Both the position numbers and the translations under genes were made by a program. From positions 3,720,001-3,784,000 of the forward strand of contig NC_043003.1 of NCBI RefSeq assembly GCF_006345805.1: DNA of 64,000 bases, in the 5' to 3' direction. Of this stretch, positions 13,861-26,194 are shown one piece after another (position 1 is the stretch's first letter; each line of letters starts with the position of its first letter). Below the pieces are notes generated by a model that was given only the letters and a program-made list of their open reading frames with translations, did no database searches and was not told where the DNA came from. The DNA is from Octopus sinensis (lineage: Eukaryota).

Positions 13861-14447
13861 GTTTCAGGGTTGATGAAAGTTTTCAGTTTTAAAGGTAAAT
13901 TTAGAGTTTTATTCAGGAAGGAATAGATTTGCAGTTTGTTGGATAAGAATTGGGTTAAAATATTTGTAAAATTGTTGCAGTAATTTTAAAGTGATTCGGT
14001 GAGTAATACAACCAACATTCCTAAAATAATTTGACATTTAAATTATAAACAACAATTAGTATTTATATGTTAATTAAGTAGAAATTTAGATCAGGGAATG
14101 TGGCTGAGAGATAATGAGAGAAGTGTGAGAAAAATTTGTTGATTGGGAAAAGGGAAAACCAGCTATAGTAATGTAAGGCCTTGGTAAAGTTGAATCTATT
14201 TTAAAAATGGAAATAAAATGACTGAAGATTGATAGTTTTAGTGGTTGATTAAAGGTTAATGTAATAATAAAGTCTGTGTAGAATGATGGCAGTGCCAAAA
14301 GTGGTTCATTAGGACACACAGACATCTATTAAACTGATTCAAAGTTTAACTGAGAGCCTCAACGGTGTGTCCCTCTGACATCTCAGTTGGTACTGCTACA
14401 AGTACATAGACATCTTGGGTTGACCATGGGTATACTGTAGCCTATGT

Positions 14448-16222
14448 AAGTGCAGCCATAGCTGTGTGGTAAGCAGTTTGCTTCCCAACCACATGGTTCT
14501 GGGTTCAGTCCCATTGCAAGACCCCTTGGACAAGTGTCTTCTACTATAGCTTCAGGCTAACCAGAACCTTGTGAGAGGATTTGGTAGATGGAAACTAAAA
14601 GAAGCCCATTGTCATCATCATCATCATCATCATCGTTTAACGTCTGCTTTCCATGCTAGCATGGGTTGGACGATTTGACTGAGGTCTAGCGAACCAGATG
14701 GCTGCACCTGGCTCCAATTTGATCTGGCAGAGTTTCTACAACTGGATGCCCTTCCTAACGCCAACCACACCGAGAGTGTAGTGGGTGCTTTTACGTGCCA
14801 CTGGCACGAGGGCCAGTCAGGCAATACTGGCAACACCCACGCTCAAATGGTGCTTTTTATGTGCCACCTGCACAGGACCAGTCTAGCTGCACTGGCAATG
14901 ACCTCGCTCGAATGTTTTTTTGCATGCCACCAGCACTAGTGCCAGTAAGGTGACGCAGGTAATGATCACGCTCGAATGGTGCTTTTTATGTGCCACTGGC
15001 ACGGAAGCCATTTTGCTGCTCTGGCAATGATCACGCTCAGATGGTATTCTTAGCACTCCACTAGTATGAATGTCAGTCAATGAATTTGATTTTGATTTCG
15101 ATTTCACTTGGCTCGACTGGTCTTCACAAGCAGAGTTTAGTGTCCAATGAAGAAAAGGTACACATAAGTGGGCTGGTTACACCCCTGGCATAGGCCACAG
15201 GTTATGGTCTCACTTGGCTTGTCGGGTCTTCTCAAGCACAGCATATTTCCAAAGGTCTCAGTCACTAGTCATTGCCTTGGTGAGACCTAAAGAGCGAAGG
15301 TCGTGCTTCACCACTTCATCCCAGGTCTTCCTGAGTCTACCTCTTCCACAGTTTCCCCCAACCACTAGGGTATGGCACTTTTTCACACAGCTATCTTCAT
15401 CCATTCTTGCCACATGACCATACCAGCGCAGTCGTCTCTCTTACACACCACATCTGATGCTTCTTAGGTCCAACTTATCTCTCAAGGTACTTACACTCAG
15501 TCGAGTATGCACACTGACATTACACATCCATCAGATCATACTGGCTTCATTCCTTGCAAGCTTACGCATGTCCTCAGCAGCCATGGCCCATGTTTCGCTG
15601 CCATGTAGCATGGCTGTTCGTACATATGTGTCATACAGTCTACCTTTTACTCTGAGCGAGAGGCCCTTTGTCACCAGCAGAGGTAAGAGATCTCTGAACT
15701 TTGCCCAAGCTATTCTTATTCTAGCAGCTACACTTTCAGTGCACCCTCCCCCACTACTGACTTGATCACCTAGGTAACGGAAGCTATCAACTATTTCTAG
15801 TTTTTCTCCCTGAAATGTGGTGGAAGTTGTTCTCTGCACATTTTCAGTGTTTATTGCTCCTGAGCATCTGCCACATACAAAAACTATCTTCCCAGTTAGC
15901 CTTCCCTTGACATTGTTGCACCTCTTATGTGTCCATAGCTTACACTGAGAACATCTTATAGAGTTTCTACCTATGCCTTGTGTATGTGTGTGTGTGTGTG
16001 TGTGTCTTTATGTCAGTGTTTGTCCCTCACTGCAGCTTGTCAACCGGTGTTGTTGTGTTTACATCCCCATAACTTTGCATTTCAGCAAAACAATCAATGA
16101 AATAAATACCAGGCTTTAAAAAAAAGAGTGCTAGGGTCGATTCCTTCGACAAAAGCTTTTTCAAGATGGTGCCCCAGCATGGCCGCAGCCACAGGACTGA
16201 AGCAAGTGAAAGACAAAAGATA
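14448..16222 (+). mobile_element. SINE family A split by an RTEX insertion
   Basis: Head at 14448-14610, 3' half at 15985-16222. Confidence 0.75.
14612..15980 (-). mobile_element. 5'-truncated RTEX-type non-LTR retrotransposon
   Basis: GIGRNSIRCSQCKLWTHKRC..CGRC Cys-rich insert, FRYLGD, RIRIAWAKF, MLHGSETW, RLRWYGHVARM, GRGRLRKTW; long 3'UTR ending in (GAT)n. Confidence 0.9.
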
Positions 16223-16362
16223 GAAGATATGGCACTTTCTGAATGGTATGCCTGATGAAAAACAACCTTAACATATTCATAGTAGTGTGGCCCACCTGAT
16301 GGTGACCCATGTCTCATGTGGCCCACCTGATGGTATACATATATATATATATATACACACAC

Positions 16363-16394
<32 letters not shown>

Positions 16395-16652
16395 ATATAT
16401 GTGTGTGTATATATATGTATGTATGTATACATATAAAACGATAATTAATAATAAAGCGTATGGAGACTTGTACATCCACAAAATATATTTCGTAGTTATA
16501 TATACAAAGCATATTATAATGACCTACCTGTGTTTCCACCGCAGCGGTTACTCACTGTTGCATTTACTGATTGTTGAGGCTAGCTGTTAATTGGAACTTA
16601 GCACAGTATCTGCCTGGATAATATATGCCTCCAAACCCACTTACACACACAC

Positions 16653-16687
<35 letters not shown>

Positions 16688-16817
16688 ATAATTATTTGAG
16701 GGAATATTATTCCTAACTTACAGGGAAAAATTCAATTTAGAAATACTAAATCAAATTTCACAAAATATGATATATATATAAAAGTTAGAAAAAACCCCAC
16801 CTTTTATCAATTCAAAT

Positions 16818-17021
16818 TGAACAATTAAATTACACCATCTAGAAAATTACATATAATAGAAATATTAAAATTAAAATAACAATAATATACCGAAGATTAA
16901 GTAAATTGCAAAAAAATAATTTTGTAATTTACTTAATCATCAGTATATTATTCTTATTTTAATTTTAATTTTAGTATTTCTATTATATGTAATTTTCTAG
17001 ATGGTGTAATTTAATTGTTCA
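16818..17021. repeat. Fold-back palindrome, arms about 95 bp
   Basis: tgaacaattaaattacaccatctagaaaattac.. / ..gtaattttctagatggtgtaatttaattgttca, loop about 6 nt at about 16916. Confidence 0.9.
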
Positions 17022-17039
17022 TATATATATATATATATC

Positions 17040-17165
17040 ATCATCATCGTTTAACGTCCGTTTTCCGCGCTAGCATGGGTTGGACGGTTTTTATGGCTCG
17101 GTGGCTTTCCTAACACCAACCATTCTACAGAGTGAACACTGCTTTTTATGTGGCACTAGCACAAA
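17040..17165 (-). mobile_element. RTEX 3' end fragment (duplicated at about 18470-18595)
   Basis: catcatcatcgtttaacgtccgttttccgcgctagcatgggttggac. Confidence 0.75.
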
Positions 17166-17194
17166 GTGGGTATTTTTGACATAATTTTTACAGT

Positions 17195-17467
17195 TTGCCA
17201 TAGGCCTGTGGGCATATGGCATAGTGGTTAAGAGGGCGGGCTACTAACGCCAAGATTCTGAGTTCGATTCCAGGCAGTGACCTGAATAATAATATTAATA
17301 CTAATAACAATAACAACATCGAATAATACTTTAGGAATGAGAGCGCAGGTTCAAAATTTCCCCAAGACACCTGATGAAGGCTGGAGGGTTTATCAGCCGA
17401 AACGTTGTGTTAACAACAAACAAGATGAGGACAAATATCTGTCAAATGTAAATAATGTAAATTATGT
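17195..17467 (+). mobile_element. tRNA-headed SINE-like element carrying a hammerhead ribozyme (family H)
   Basis: A box TGGCATAGTGG 17217-17227, B box GAGTTCGATTCC 17260-17271, (AAT/AAC)n linker, HHR; flanked by a 14-bp direct repeat ataatttttacagt (17181-17194 / 17468-17481). Confidence 0.75.
17366..17411 (+). ncRNA. Minimal type I hammerhead ribozyme
   Basis: gacac CTGATGA a ggctg-gagggtttat-cagcc GAAAC GTT gtgtt. Confidence 0.8.
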
Positions 17468-17804
17468 ATAATTTTTACAGTGTTGAAGGGGGAGGGGTAG
17501 TGGAGGAGAAATGGGAGAGAAGAAGGGGAAAGGTAATGTGAGTGATTTTTTAGAGGGCCTTAACCAAAACATGTAGAATATAACCCAACTAAAGAAAAAC
17601 TGTGACCTGTATATCTTCTATATAAATGAGAGGGTATGTGGTTATGTATGTGTATCTCACCCTGAAAGGCTCTGAAATGGTGTGTCCTTAAGAAAAACAT
17701 TATTACACAAACCACACACACACATACCTACTACACACATACATACATACATATATATATATGTATGTATATATATGTGTGTATGTATGTATTCTTTTAC
17801 TTGT

Positions 17805-17980
17805 TTCAGTCATTTAGTTAAACAAATTGTCTTTAGTGAAGCAAATTGACCCCAGGACTTATTCTATGTAAGCTTAGTACTTATTCTATCGGCCTCTTTT
17901 GCTGAACTGCTAAGTTACAGGGGATGTAAACACACCAGCATTGGTTATCAAGCAATGTTGGGAAGACAAACACAGACACA
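17805..17980 (-). mobile_element. SINE family A, 3' half
   Basis: Reverse complement of the family A tail. Confidence 0.75.
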
Positions 17981-18042
17981 CAAATGTATACATACACACA
18001 AATATATACACACACACACACACACCACACACACACACACAC

Positions 18043-18074
<32 letters not shown>

Positions 18075-18624
18075 ATAATTATTTGAGGGAATATTATTCC
18101 TAACTTACAGGGAAAAATTCAATTTAGAAATACTAAATCAAATTTCACAAAATATGATATATATATAAAAGTTAGAAAAACCCCACCTTTTATCAATTCA
18201 ATTGAACAATTAAATTACACCATCTAGAAAATTACATATAATAGAAATATTAAAATTAAAATAACAATAATATACCGAAGATTAAGTAAATTGCAAAAAA
18301 AAAATTTGTAATGTACTTAATCATCAGTATATTATTTATGTATTTTAATTTTAGTATTTATTATTGTAATTTTCTAATGTAATATGTTATATATATATAT
18401 GTATATATTATATTTCATATATAATATATATATTAATATTCATAGATATATATATATATATATATATATATCATCATCGTTTAACGTCCGTTTTCCGCGC
18501 TAGCATGGGTTGGACGGTTTTTATGGCTCGGTGGCTTTCCTAACACCAACCATTCTACAGAGTGAACACTGCTTTTTATGTGGCACTAGCACAAAGTGGG
18601 TATTTTTGACATAATTTTTACAGT

Positions 18625-18897
18625 TTGCCATAGGCCTGTGGGCATATGGCATAGTGGTTAAGAGTGCGGGCTACTAACGCCAAGATTCTGAGTTCGATTC
18701 CAGGCAGTGACCTGAATAATAATATTAATACTAATAACAATAACAACATCGAATAATACTTTAGGAATGAGAGCGCAGGTTCAAAATTTCCCCAAGACAC
18801 CTGATGAAGGCTGGAGGGTTTATCAGCCGAAACGTTGTGTTAACAACAAACAAGATGAGGACAAATATCTGTCAAATGTAAATAATGTAAATTATGT
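18625..18897 (+). mobile_element. Family H element, duplicate copy
   Basis: Near-identical to 17195-17467. Confidence 0.75.
18796..18841 (+). ncRNA. Minimal type I hammerhead ribozyme
   Basis: Identical to 17366-17411. Confidence 0.8.
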
Positions 18898-19224
18898 ATA
18901 ATTTTTACAGTGTTGAAGGGGGAGGGGTAGTGGAGGAGAAATGGGAGAGAAGAAGGGGAAAGGTAATGTGAGTGATTTTTTAGAGGGCCTTAACCAAAAC
19001 ATGTAGAATATAACCCAACTAAAGAAAAACTGTGACCTGTATATCTTCTATATAAATGAGAGGGTATGTGGTTATGTATGTGTATCTCACCCTGAAAGGC
19101 TCTGAAATGGTGTGTCCTTAAGAAAAACATTATTACACACACACACCACACACATACATACATACACACATACATACATACATATATATATATGTATGTA
19201 TATATATATGTGTGTATGTATGTA

Positions 19225-19472
19225 TTCTTTTACTTGTTTCAGTCATTTAGTTAAACAAATTGTCTTTAGTGAAGCAAATTGACCCCAGGACTTATTCTAT
19301 GTAAGCTTAGTACTTATTCTATCGGCCTCTTTTGCTGAACTGCTAAGTTACAGGGGATGTAAACACACCAGCATTGGTTATCAAGCAATGTTGGGAAGAC
19401 AAACACAGACACACAAATGTATACATACACACAAATATACATACACACACACACACACACACCACACACACA

Positions 19473-19536
<64 letters not shown>

Positions 19537-19553
19537 CACACACACACACACAC

Positions 19554-19593
<40 letters not shown>

Positions 19594-19760
19594 ACACATA
19601 TACGATGGGCATCTTTCAGTTTCCATCTACCAAATCCACTCACAAGGCTTTGGTTGGCCTGGGGCTATAGTAGAAGACACTTGCCCAAGGTGCCACACAG
19701 TGGGACTGAACCCCGAACCATGTGGTTGGTAAGCAAGCTACTTACCACACAGCCACTCCA
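19225..19760 (-). mobile_element. SINE family A, full length
   Basis: Head at about 19600-19760, microsatellite, 3' half. Confidence 0.85.
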
Positions 19761-20131
19761 TGTATGTATGTATAGATATATAAACAATTGTAAATATCTG
19801 CTGTTATTATCATTGCAGGTATAAAAATAAAGAAGATTACCCTTACATAGTTCATAGCTGTTTGACCAGTCATTAAATGACCCTTATTTCACTGCCCAGT
19901 CAATTACTATTTATATCAAACACAAACCTGAATCTATAGAGATGGCTTAACCAATCTGCATATCATGCCTTTCTTGGGGAGGCACAGTTAAAGATTTTTA
20001 AAAAAATGTTATTCCTTTGGTTCTCAACCTTTTTAATATTTGGACTTGATCCAAAACCTGGAGTTTTTTGTGGTGGTGGTGGTGGGGGGGCCTTAAACCC
20101 CACCCAAAGTTAAACATAAGTAAATTAAAGA

Positions 20132-20495
20132 AAGGGCGGCAAGCTGGCAGAACCATTAGCACGCTGGGCGAAATGCGTAGCCGTATTTTGTCTGCCGCTA
20201 CGTTTAGAGTTCAAATTCCGCTGAGGTCGACTTTGCCTTTCATCCTTTCGAGGTCGATAAATTAAGTAACAGTTATGCACTGGGGTCGATGTTATCGACT
20301 TAATTCGTTTGTCTGTCCTTGTTTGTCCCCTCTGTGTTTAGCCCCTTGTGGGTAGTAAAGAAATAGGTATTTCGTCTGCCGCTACGTTCTGAGTTCAAAT
20401 TCTGCTGAGGTCGACTTTGCCTTTCATCCTTTCGGGGTCGATAAATTAAGTAACAGTTATGCACTGGGGTCGATATAATCGACTTAATTCGTTTA
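20132..20495 (+). mobile_element. SINE family B dimer
   Basis: tRNA-like head plus gaggtcgactttgcctttcatcctttcggggtcgataaattaagta core twice, joined by a tccttgtttgtcccctctgtgtttagccccttgtggg linker. Confidence 0.85.
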
Positions 20496-20879
20496 TAATA
20501 ATAGAGAGAAGACTGTTGGGGGCTGCTGGAAGGGTGCTTGAGGGCCACATGAGGCCCTGGGAGTAGTGGTTGGGAAACGTTTTATACACATGCACAATTC
20601 TGGCCACAAAGAAAAAAAACAATGTATATTTATATCTGTATACTTTCTGTGGTGTCTGCATTTATAAATGGTTGGCGAACAGAACTAAATTTATCTTCGA
20701 TTTATGAGACAGCGGTTCTCTTTGGTACGAATGCCGCTTCACTCTCACACTTGTTGCATTCAACTAATTCTTTTTCTAGAATGCTTGAGAAAGACTCACA
20801 GAACCAACGAATTTCTCCTTGAAATGAGGTGCCCTTATGTAGAATTTGGAAAATACACATCAAGATAGAAATGAGATTG

Positions 20880-21053
20880 ATAGATAGATGGAGAGATAGA
20901 AAGATAGGTAGGTAGATAGATAGATAGACAGACAGACAGATAGGTAGGTAGGTAGATAGGTAGGTAGATAGATAGATAGATAGATCACGAGAGAGGGGAG
21001 AGAGGGAGATAAGTGGATAATTACATAACAAAGTGTTGTGTGTGTGTATATAT

Positions 21054-21091
<38 letters not shown>

Positions 21092-21141
21092 GTATTATGT
21101 ATGTAACATATACAGACAGTCAGACAGATAGATAGATAGAT

Positions 21142-21214
<73 letters not shown>

Positions 21215-21240
21215 CAGACAGACAATAGACAGGTAGGAAA
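20880..21240. repeat. (AGAT)n / (TA)n microsatellites
   Basis: Direct reading. Confidence 0.95.
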
Positions 21241-21577
21241 GTAGGTAAGTAGGTTGAAAAATGGACAGATCGATAGACAGGCGGACAAGCAAAAAGATAC
21301 AAAGTGATAGGTACGGAGAACTAGTTCCATCTTTGAAGAAAGATGAGGCAGTGTTTTTCGTTGTTTAACTCCAAGACAATGCCAAAGAAGCTGACGTTAT
21401 GCTCAGAGCCATTCGAGCCATCAGCTTGCCGACTTTTTTCTTTTTCTTTCAGGTAATAGAGAACATCGTTTAATCGTCCTCCCTTTTCGAAGGCAACAGG
21501 AAACAATTTGAAGGAGATTTAGCTGCTACTACGAGCAGGCCGAGAGACCGTATAGAGTCGGTGTCGTTTTATATTCG

Positions 21578-21619
<42 letters not shown>

Positions 21620-22294
21620 GCGAGAGGAGAAAGCGAAGAAAATGAATGGCAAAACGGGTGAGATATGTAATGGTGAGAGAGAAATAAATCACAATTGTGG
21701 AGACAATTACCTGTCGTCTGTCCATTCGTAGCTTCCTCATTCTTCAACAAACACTTCGCGCCACCGCAATCGCCAACACATCTGTCCACACACACACACA
21801 CACACACTATATATATATGCATATACGTAAACAGTTACACTTATCTCTTTCTCTTCTCTCTCTCTCTCTCTCACCACCTTTCCTCTCCCACATCTCTCTC
21901 TCCCTCTCTCTCTCTCCCTATCTCCCCCCTCTCTCTCTCTATTTCGCTTTGTTCTACACCGCCGCTGTTTCAACGTCAATTTTTGTTTTTGCACATGGAC
22001 TTCGACAGTGCGTCACCCCCCCCCCCCCCCACACGTAAATATTCCACGCGTGCAAAGCAGGACGTTAAATGAATATATTAGTGTATTTTTAATCACGCAC
22101 AAAGGAAATATAGACCCCGCTCCACCTCCCCCGGCTTAATTACAGTGAAAATGGAAAATTTCTAGAAGTTTCTTCTCGAATACATCCGCCCATACACACA
22201 CACACACATGCACACACACACACATGCACACACACATGCACACACACGCACACTACACACGTATATATATTTATAAATATTTATATCATGTTTG

Positions 22295-22470
22295 ATTGTT
22301 AAATCCACAAGTTTTTTTTTCCTTCTCTCCCTGTTTATTTCTGTGTTCCTTCCCGTTGAGGAGCGTAGGCTCGAAACATAAAATACTTTCCCACTTTACC
22401 GAGCGTCAAACTAACACACCTGCTTGTTGTTTATACACCTGTCATCGTCTTTTGTTTTCCGTCAAGTTCA
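22295..22470 (+). mobile_element. HHR mini-element (family M) with degenerate core
   Basis: CCGTTGA g gagc-gtag-gctc GAAAC ata at about 22349-22383, followed by ccgagcgtcaaactaacacac. Confidence 0.6.
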
Positions 22471-22624
22471 CACACACACAGACACACAGACACACACACA
22501 CACACGTATAAATACACACACACATACACATGTACATGTATGTATATTATGTATATACATACATACATACATGTGTGTATACATGTATATATAATACATG
22601 CGTATGTATGAATAATTATATATA

Positions 22625-22716
22625 TATATATAGTTAATCCAAACATGAAAACACAAAGAGAAAACACAACAACGCGAGGACGTGGAACAAGTATAGTGTT
22701 ATTGGACGCTCAGGAA
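22625..22716 (-). mobile_element. Family M 3' fragment lacking the HHR
   Basis: Matches 12575-12660. Confidence 0.7.
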
Positions 22717-22721
22717 ATATA

Positions 22722-22792
<71 letters not shown>

Positions 22793-23276
22793 TATATATA
22801 ATAGTATATATGTAAATCCATGCACGCATTATGTATGCATACAAACATACACACACAACACATGCGCACACATATACGCACGCTAATCTCATCACGCATT
22901 CACTCGGGGAATGACATCACACAAACACCTCTACACACACAGACTGCAACACATTTGTATACAGACTCGCATGCACATACACACACACTGCATCACACAC
23001 ACATACATACACATTGCAGTACATTAAACACACGCGCGCGCTCTTACAAAACCAAAGGTTTTGCTTCTCGCTGCTAGAAATAGCAGCTCCAATCACACCT
23101 CATGGGAGGGACACATTATTACAAGACAGTCGCAAATCTCCCTGAGATAAAGTTGAGGCTGTCAAATGTTTTGGCTACGGCGGAGGCTCGAACTCCTCTC
23201 TCCAACAAGCAACAATATACACCTTATTTACATTATTTACATTCGACGGATATTTGTCCTCATCTTGTTTGTTGTT

Positions 23277-23322
23277 AACACAACGTTTCGGCTGATATAA
23301 CCTCCAGCCTTCATCAGGTGTC
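23277..23322 (-). ncRNA. Minimal type I hammerhead ribozyme
   Basis: Minus strand: gacac CTGATGA a ggctg-gaggttatat-cagcc GAAAC GTT gtgtt. Confidence 0.8.
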
Positions 23323-23477
23323 TTGAGGAAATTTCGAACCTGGGTTCTCATTCCTAAGGTATTTTTCGTTGTTGTTGTTGTTATTACTATTCTTCTTCTT
23401 CTTCATCTTTCTTTCTTCTCTTCTTCTTCTTATTATTATTATCATCATCATTATTATTATTATAATTATTATTATTA

Positions 23478-23530
<53 letters not shown>

Positions 23531-23927
23531 GAGTGAGAGAGCAGTGCATGCCATCCAAGTGACACTGGGGTAAAATATACGAAGCCCAATATACCCATCA
23601 TGACTACCCGTCTGATAAGAGTACACTAGGCACATGCATCACAACCATATGTGCGCGAAATGGTGATCTCATATCAAAATAAACAGCACATGACCTTGCA
23701 GGTGGGGCCCAGTTAGAATTTTCTTCAGGTTGAGTAGCCCATCCCGCTCAAACGGTCCCTGAATAAGGGTTGTTTAAGGATGTTGAACGAAACACTCATG
23801 TTTCCAGAGGTGAATTATTCAAACCCCAAAGAATCCCTCTCAACACATGGCTATGATGCTCCCCCACTACTTCTGCTCGTGATCAGAGATGCACATATCG
23901 TCAGCCACTAAGGGACATGCTCAACTG

Positions 23928-23930
<3 letters not shown>
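23531..23930 (-). mobile_element. Family E (AAT)n-embedded element, truncated
   Basis: Near-identical to 47664-48063; (TAT)n on both sides. Confidence 0.85.
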
Positions 23931-24000
<70 letters not shown>

Positions 24001-24677
24001 TCACTGCTTGGAATCGAACACGGAATCTTGTGGTTAGTAGCCATATGCCCGTGGGCAATTACGGAGTGAATTTCTAAGGCTTATAAATCTAATATTTTTC
24101 TATCCTTCCTTAACACCGGTTCCCATATGCTGCTCATATCTGCACTCGGTCTGCTAAGGAGGCTGTTGTGTCCAAGCATATGTGCTGCTTCTTTGAGCTT
24201 TCATAGAACAACAATATGCAACACATGGCAGAGAAACAGACCGGCGTAAATGATATGACCCTCGGTCAAGCAGCTCGAGTAGAACAGCTTTGACCATCCT
24301 CTCAAATCTGTATATCTTGGAAAACGTTAACTAGAATATTCTTTGTTTTGTTTTTTGGCTTTTTTTTTATAGCAGAAGCGGTGTGATATTTTGGTTGTTA
24401 TGTCTAGCGTGATGAGCGATCGGGTGGAAGACTTCGTCAACAGCAGGTGCAGGGTTTAAAATAGGCCAATGAATAATGAAGGGATGTGGAGGGGTTGCAG
24501 AGCATATGTAACTGATAAGGCATGAACACACACACACACACACACACCACACACACACACACACACACATACATAATAACATGCATACATGGAATATTGT
24601 ATCCTTGTTAGAAACCAGTTCCTCCCTGAGAAGAACTTACATAATAAAAAAAAAACAAGAAAATATACACTTATACA

Positions 24678-25050
24678 CGGCTGTGTGGTAAGAAGCTTGC
24701 TTCCCAACCACATGGCTCTAGGTTCAATTCCACTGCATGGCACCTTGGGCAAGTGTCTTCTACTATAGCGTTGGGCCAACCAAAGCCTTGTGAGTGGATT
24801 TGGTAGACGGAAACTGAAAGAAGCCCATCGTATATACATATAAATATATTTATCTGCGTGTTTCCTCTCCCCCGTCGCTCGACAACCGATGCTGGTGTGT
24901 TTACGTCTCCGTAACTTAGCGGTAACATAAGAGACCGATAAAATAAGTACCAGGCTTACAAAGAATGAGCCCTGGGATCGATTTCTTCGCCTAAAAAGTG
25001 GTGTTCCAGCATGGCCGCAGTCAAATGACTGAGATAAAGAAAAGAATAAA
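24678..25050 (+). mobile_element. SINE family A, full length
   Basis: Head plus short linker plus 3' half. Confidence 0.85.
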
Positions 25051-25169
25051 AGGACACACATACATGCATACATATATAGGAGGAGAGGAGGCAACTCGTT
25101 GATTCATGCAGAAATCCTCAGGATGTCTGGGACTCAAAAAATCTGCAAGACTTCCCTGAGATTTAAAGA

Positions 25170-26055
25170 ATGATGGTCAAAACAAGATACCTCACTTCAC
25201 AACCTTTCTACCAAACAGGTGGACGGTCAGTATTGGTTCTGGAGCCCAGAGAACTCGAGCAGGAACAAACTTACAAATACCTCGAAATAAATGAGGGTTC
25301 TGGCATTCAAGATGCAAGCATGAAAGAGAAGATCAGGAAGGACTGTTACAGGAAGTACGCCCGTCAGTGGTTATGGAGCTCAGGGCTAAAGTCAGAGAGC
25401 AAAGGTTTAATCTTGGCTGCTCAAGATCAGAGCTTATTGGTCCGGAACTATCAAGTCGAATGTGATGAAAAATAGTGTAGACCCAAAGTGCTGATACTGC
25501 AATGATGGGATAGAAACAGCAGACTACCTAATCTCTGGATGTAAGGATTTTAGCACATGTAGAGTATAAATCAAGACATGACAGAGTTGGCCAATATCTA
25601 CACTGGTTAATATGTCGGCATCATGAAATCGAAACTGCTGTCAAATGGTACAAGCTCTACCCTGAGGCTGTAACCGAGGTAGAAAATATAAGGATTTTTT
25701 GAGACTTTCCAGTATGTACAGACCGGACCATCAAACCTAAGAAAGTATATATTGTTGTGAAAGACCAAAACAATAAAGTCTGTTTATCGATTGACACGAG
25801 CGAACCTTGTGATCATAATATCTCGGCGGTAGAATTTGATGAGTTTGGAGAAAATTAAGATTTGTTGATTGAAATCAGAAAAAAAATATATCTCAAGACG
25901 GTTACAATACCAGTGATTACAGGAGCCTTTTGAATGATCAAAAGAGGAGCTGAAAATTATTTGAGGATGGTCCCTGGCTTACCATCCATGAAGGAAGTGC
26001 AAATAATATTTTAACTGGTACGTCACACGTATTGAGAAAAGCATCTTCGCTGTAA
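25170..26055 (+). pseudogene. R4/Dong-type RLE LINE 3' remnant with internal deletion
   Basis: QTYKYLEI, then LKSESKGLILAAQDQSL, CCHC-like knuckle, RHDRVG..YLHWLIC, degenerate RLE and GTSHVLRK end; many stops and frameshifts. Confidence 0.8.
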
Positions 26056-26194
26056 ATTAAAGTCAGACTTTAAAAAGTCCCTCCTAGCGTGAAAAGGAAT
26101 AAATTGATGGATTTTTCCCTTATGAGGTTTTTCACGCTAACTATTTGATAAATTCTTATAAAGATTTTATCCTATTTTTCAATTATATACATAT

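Larger units (their letters stand above)
16640..19500. repeat. Tandem duplication, unit about 1.4 kb
   Basis: ORFs 17188 and 18618 offset by 1430; few substitutions; junctions in (CA)/(TA)n. Confidence 0.9.
23225..24058 (-). mobile_element. Family H element (independent locus) interrupted by a family E insertion
   Basis: Head at about 23995-24058 (gggcatatggc..gtgttcgattccaagcagtgacctgaataat), expanded (AAT)n, HHR tail at 23225-23375. Confidence 0.75.

Noticed and set aside
17204-17285. Functional tRNA gene
   Set aside because: A and B boxes are present but there is no proper acceptor or anticodon stem; it is a SINE head
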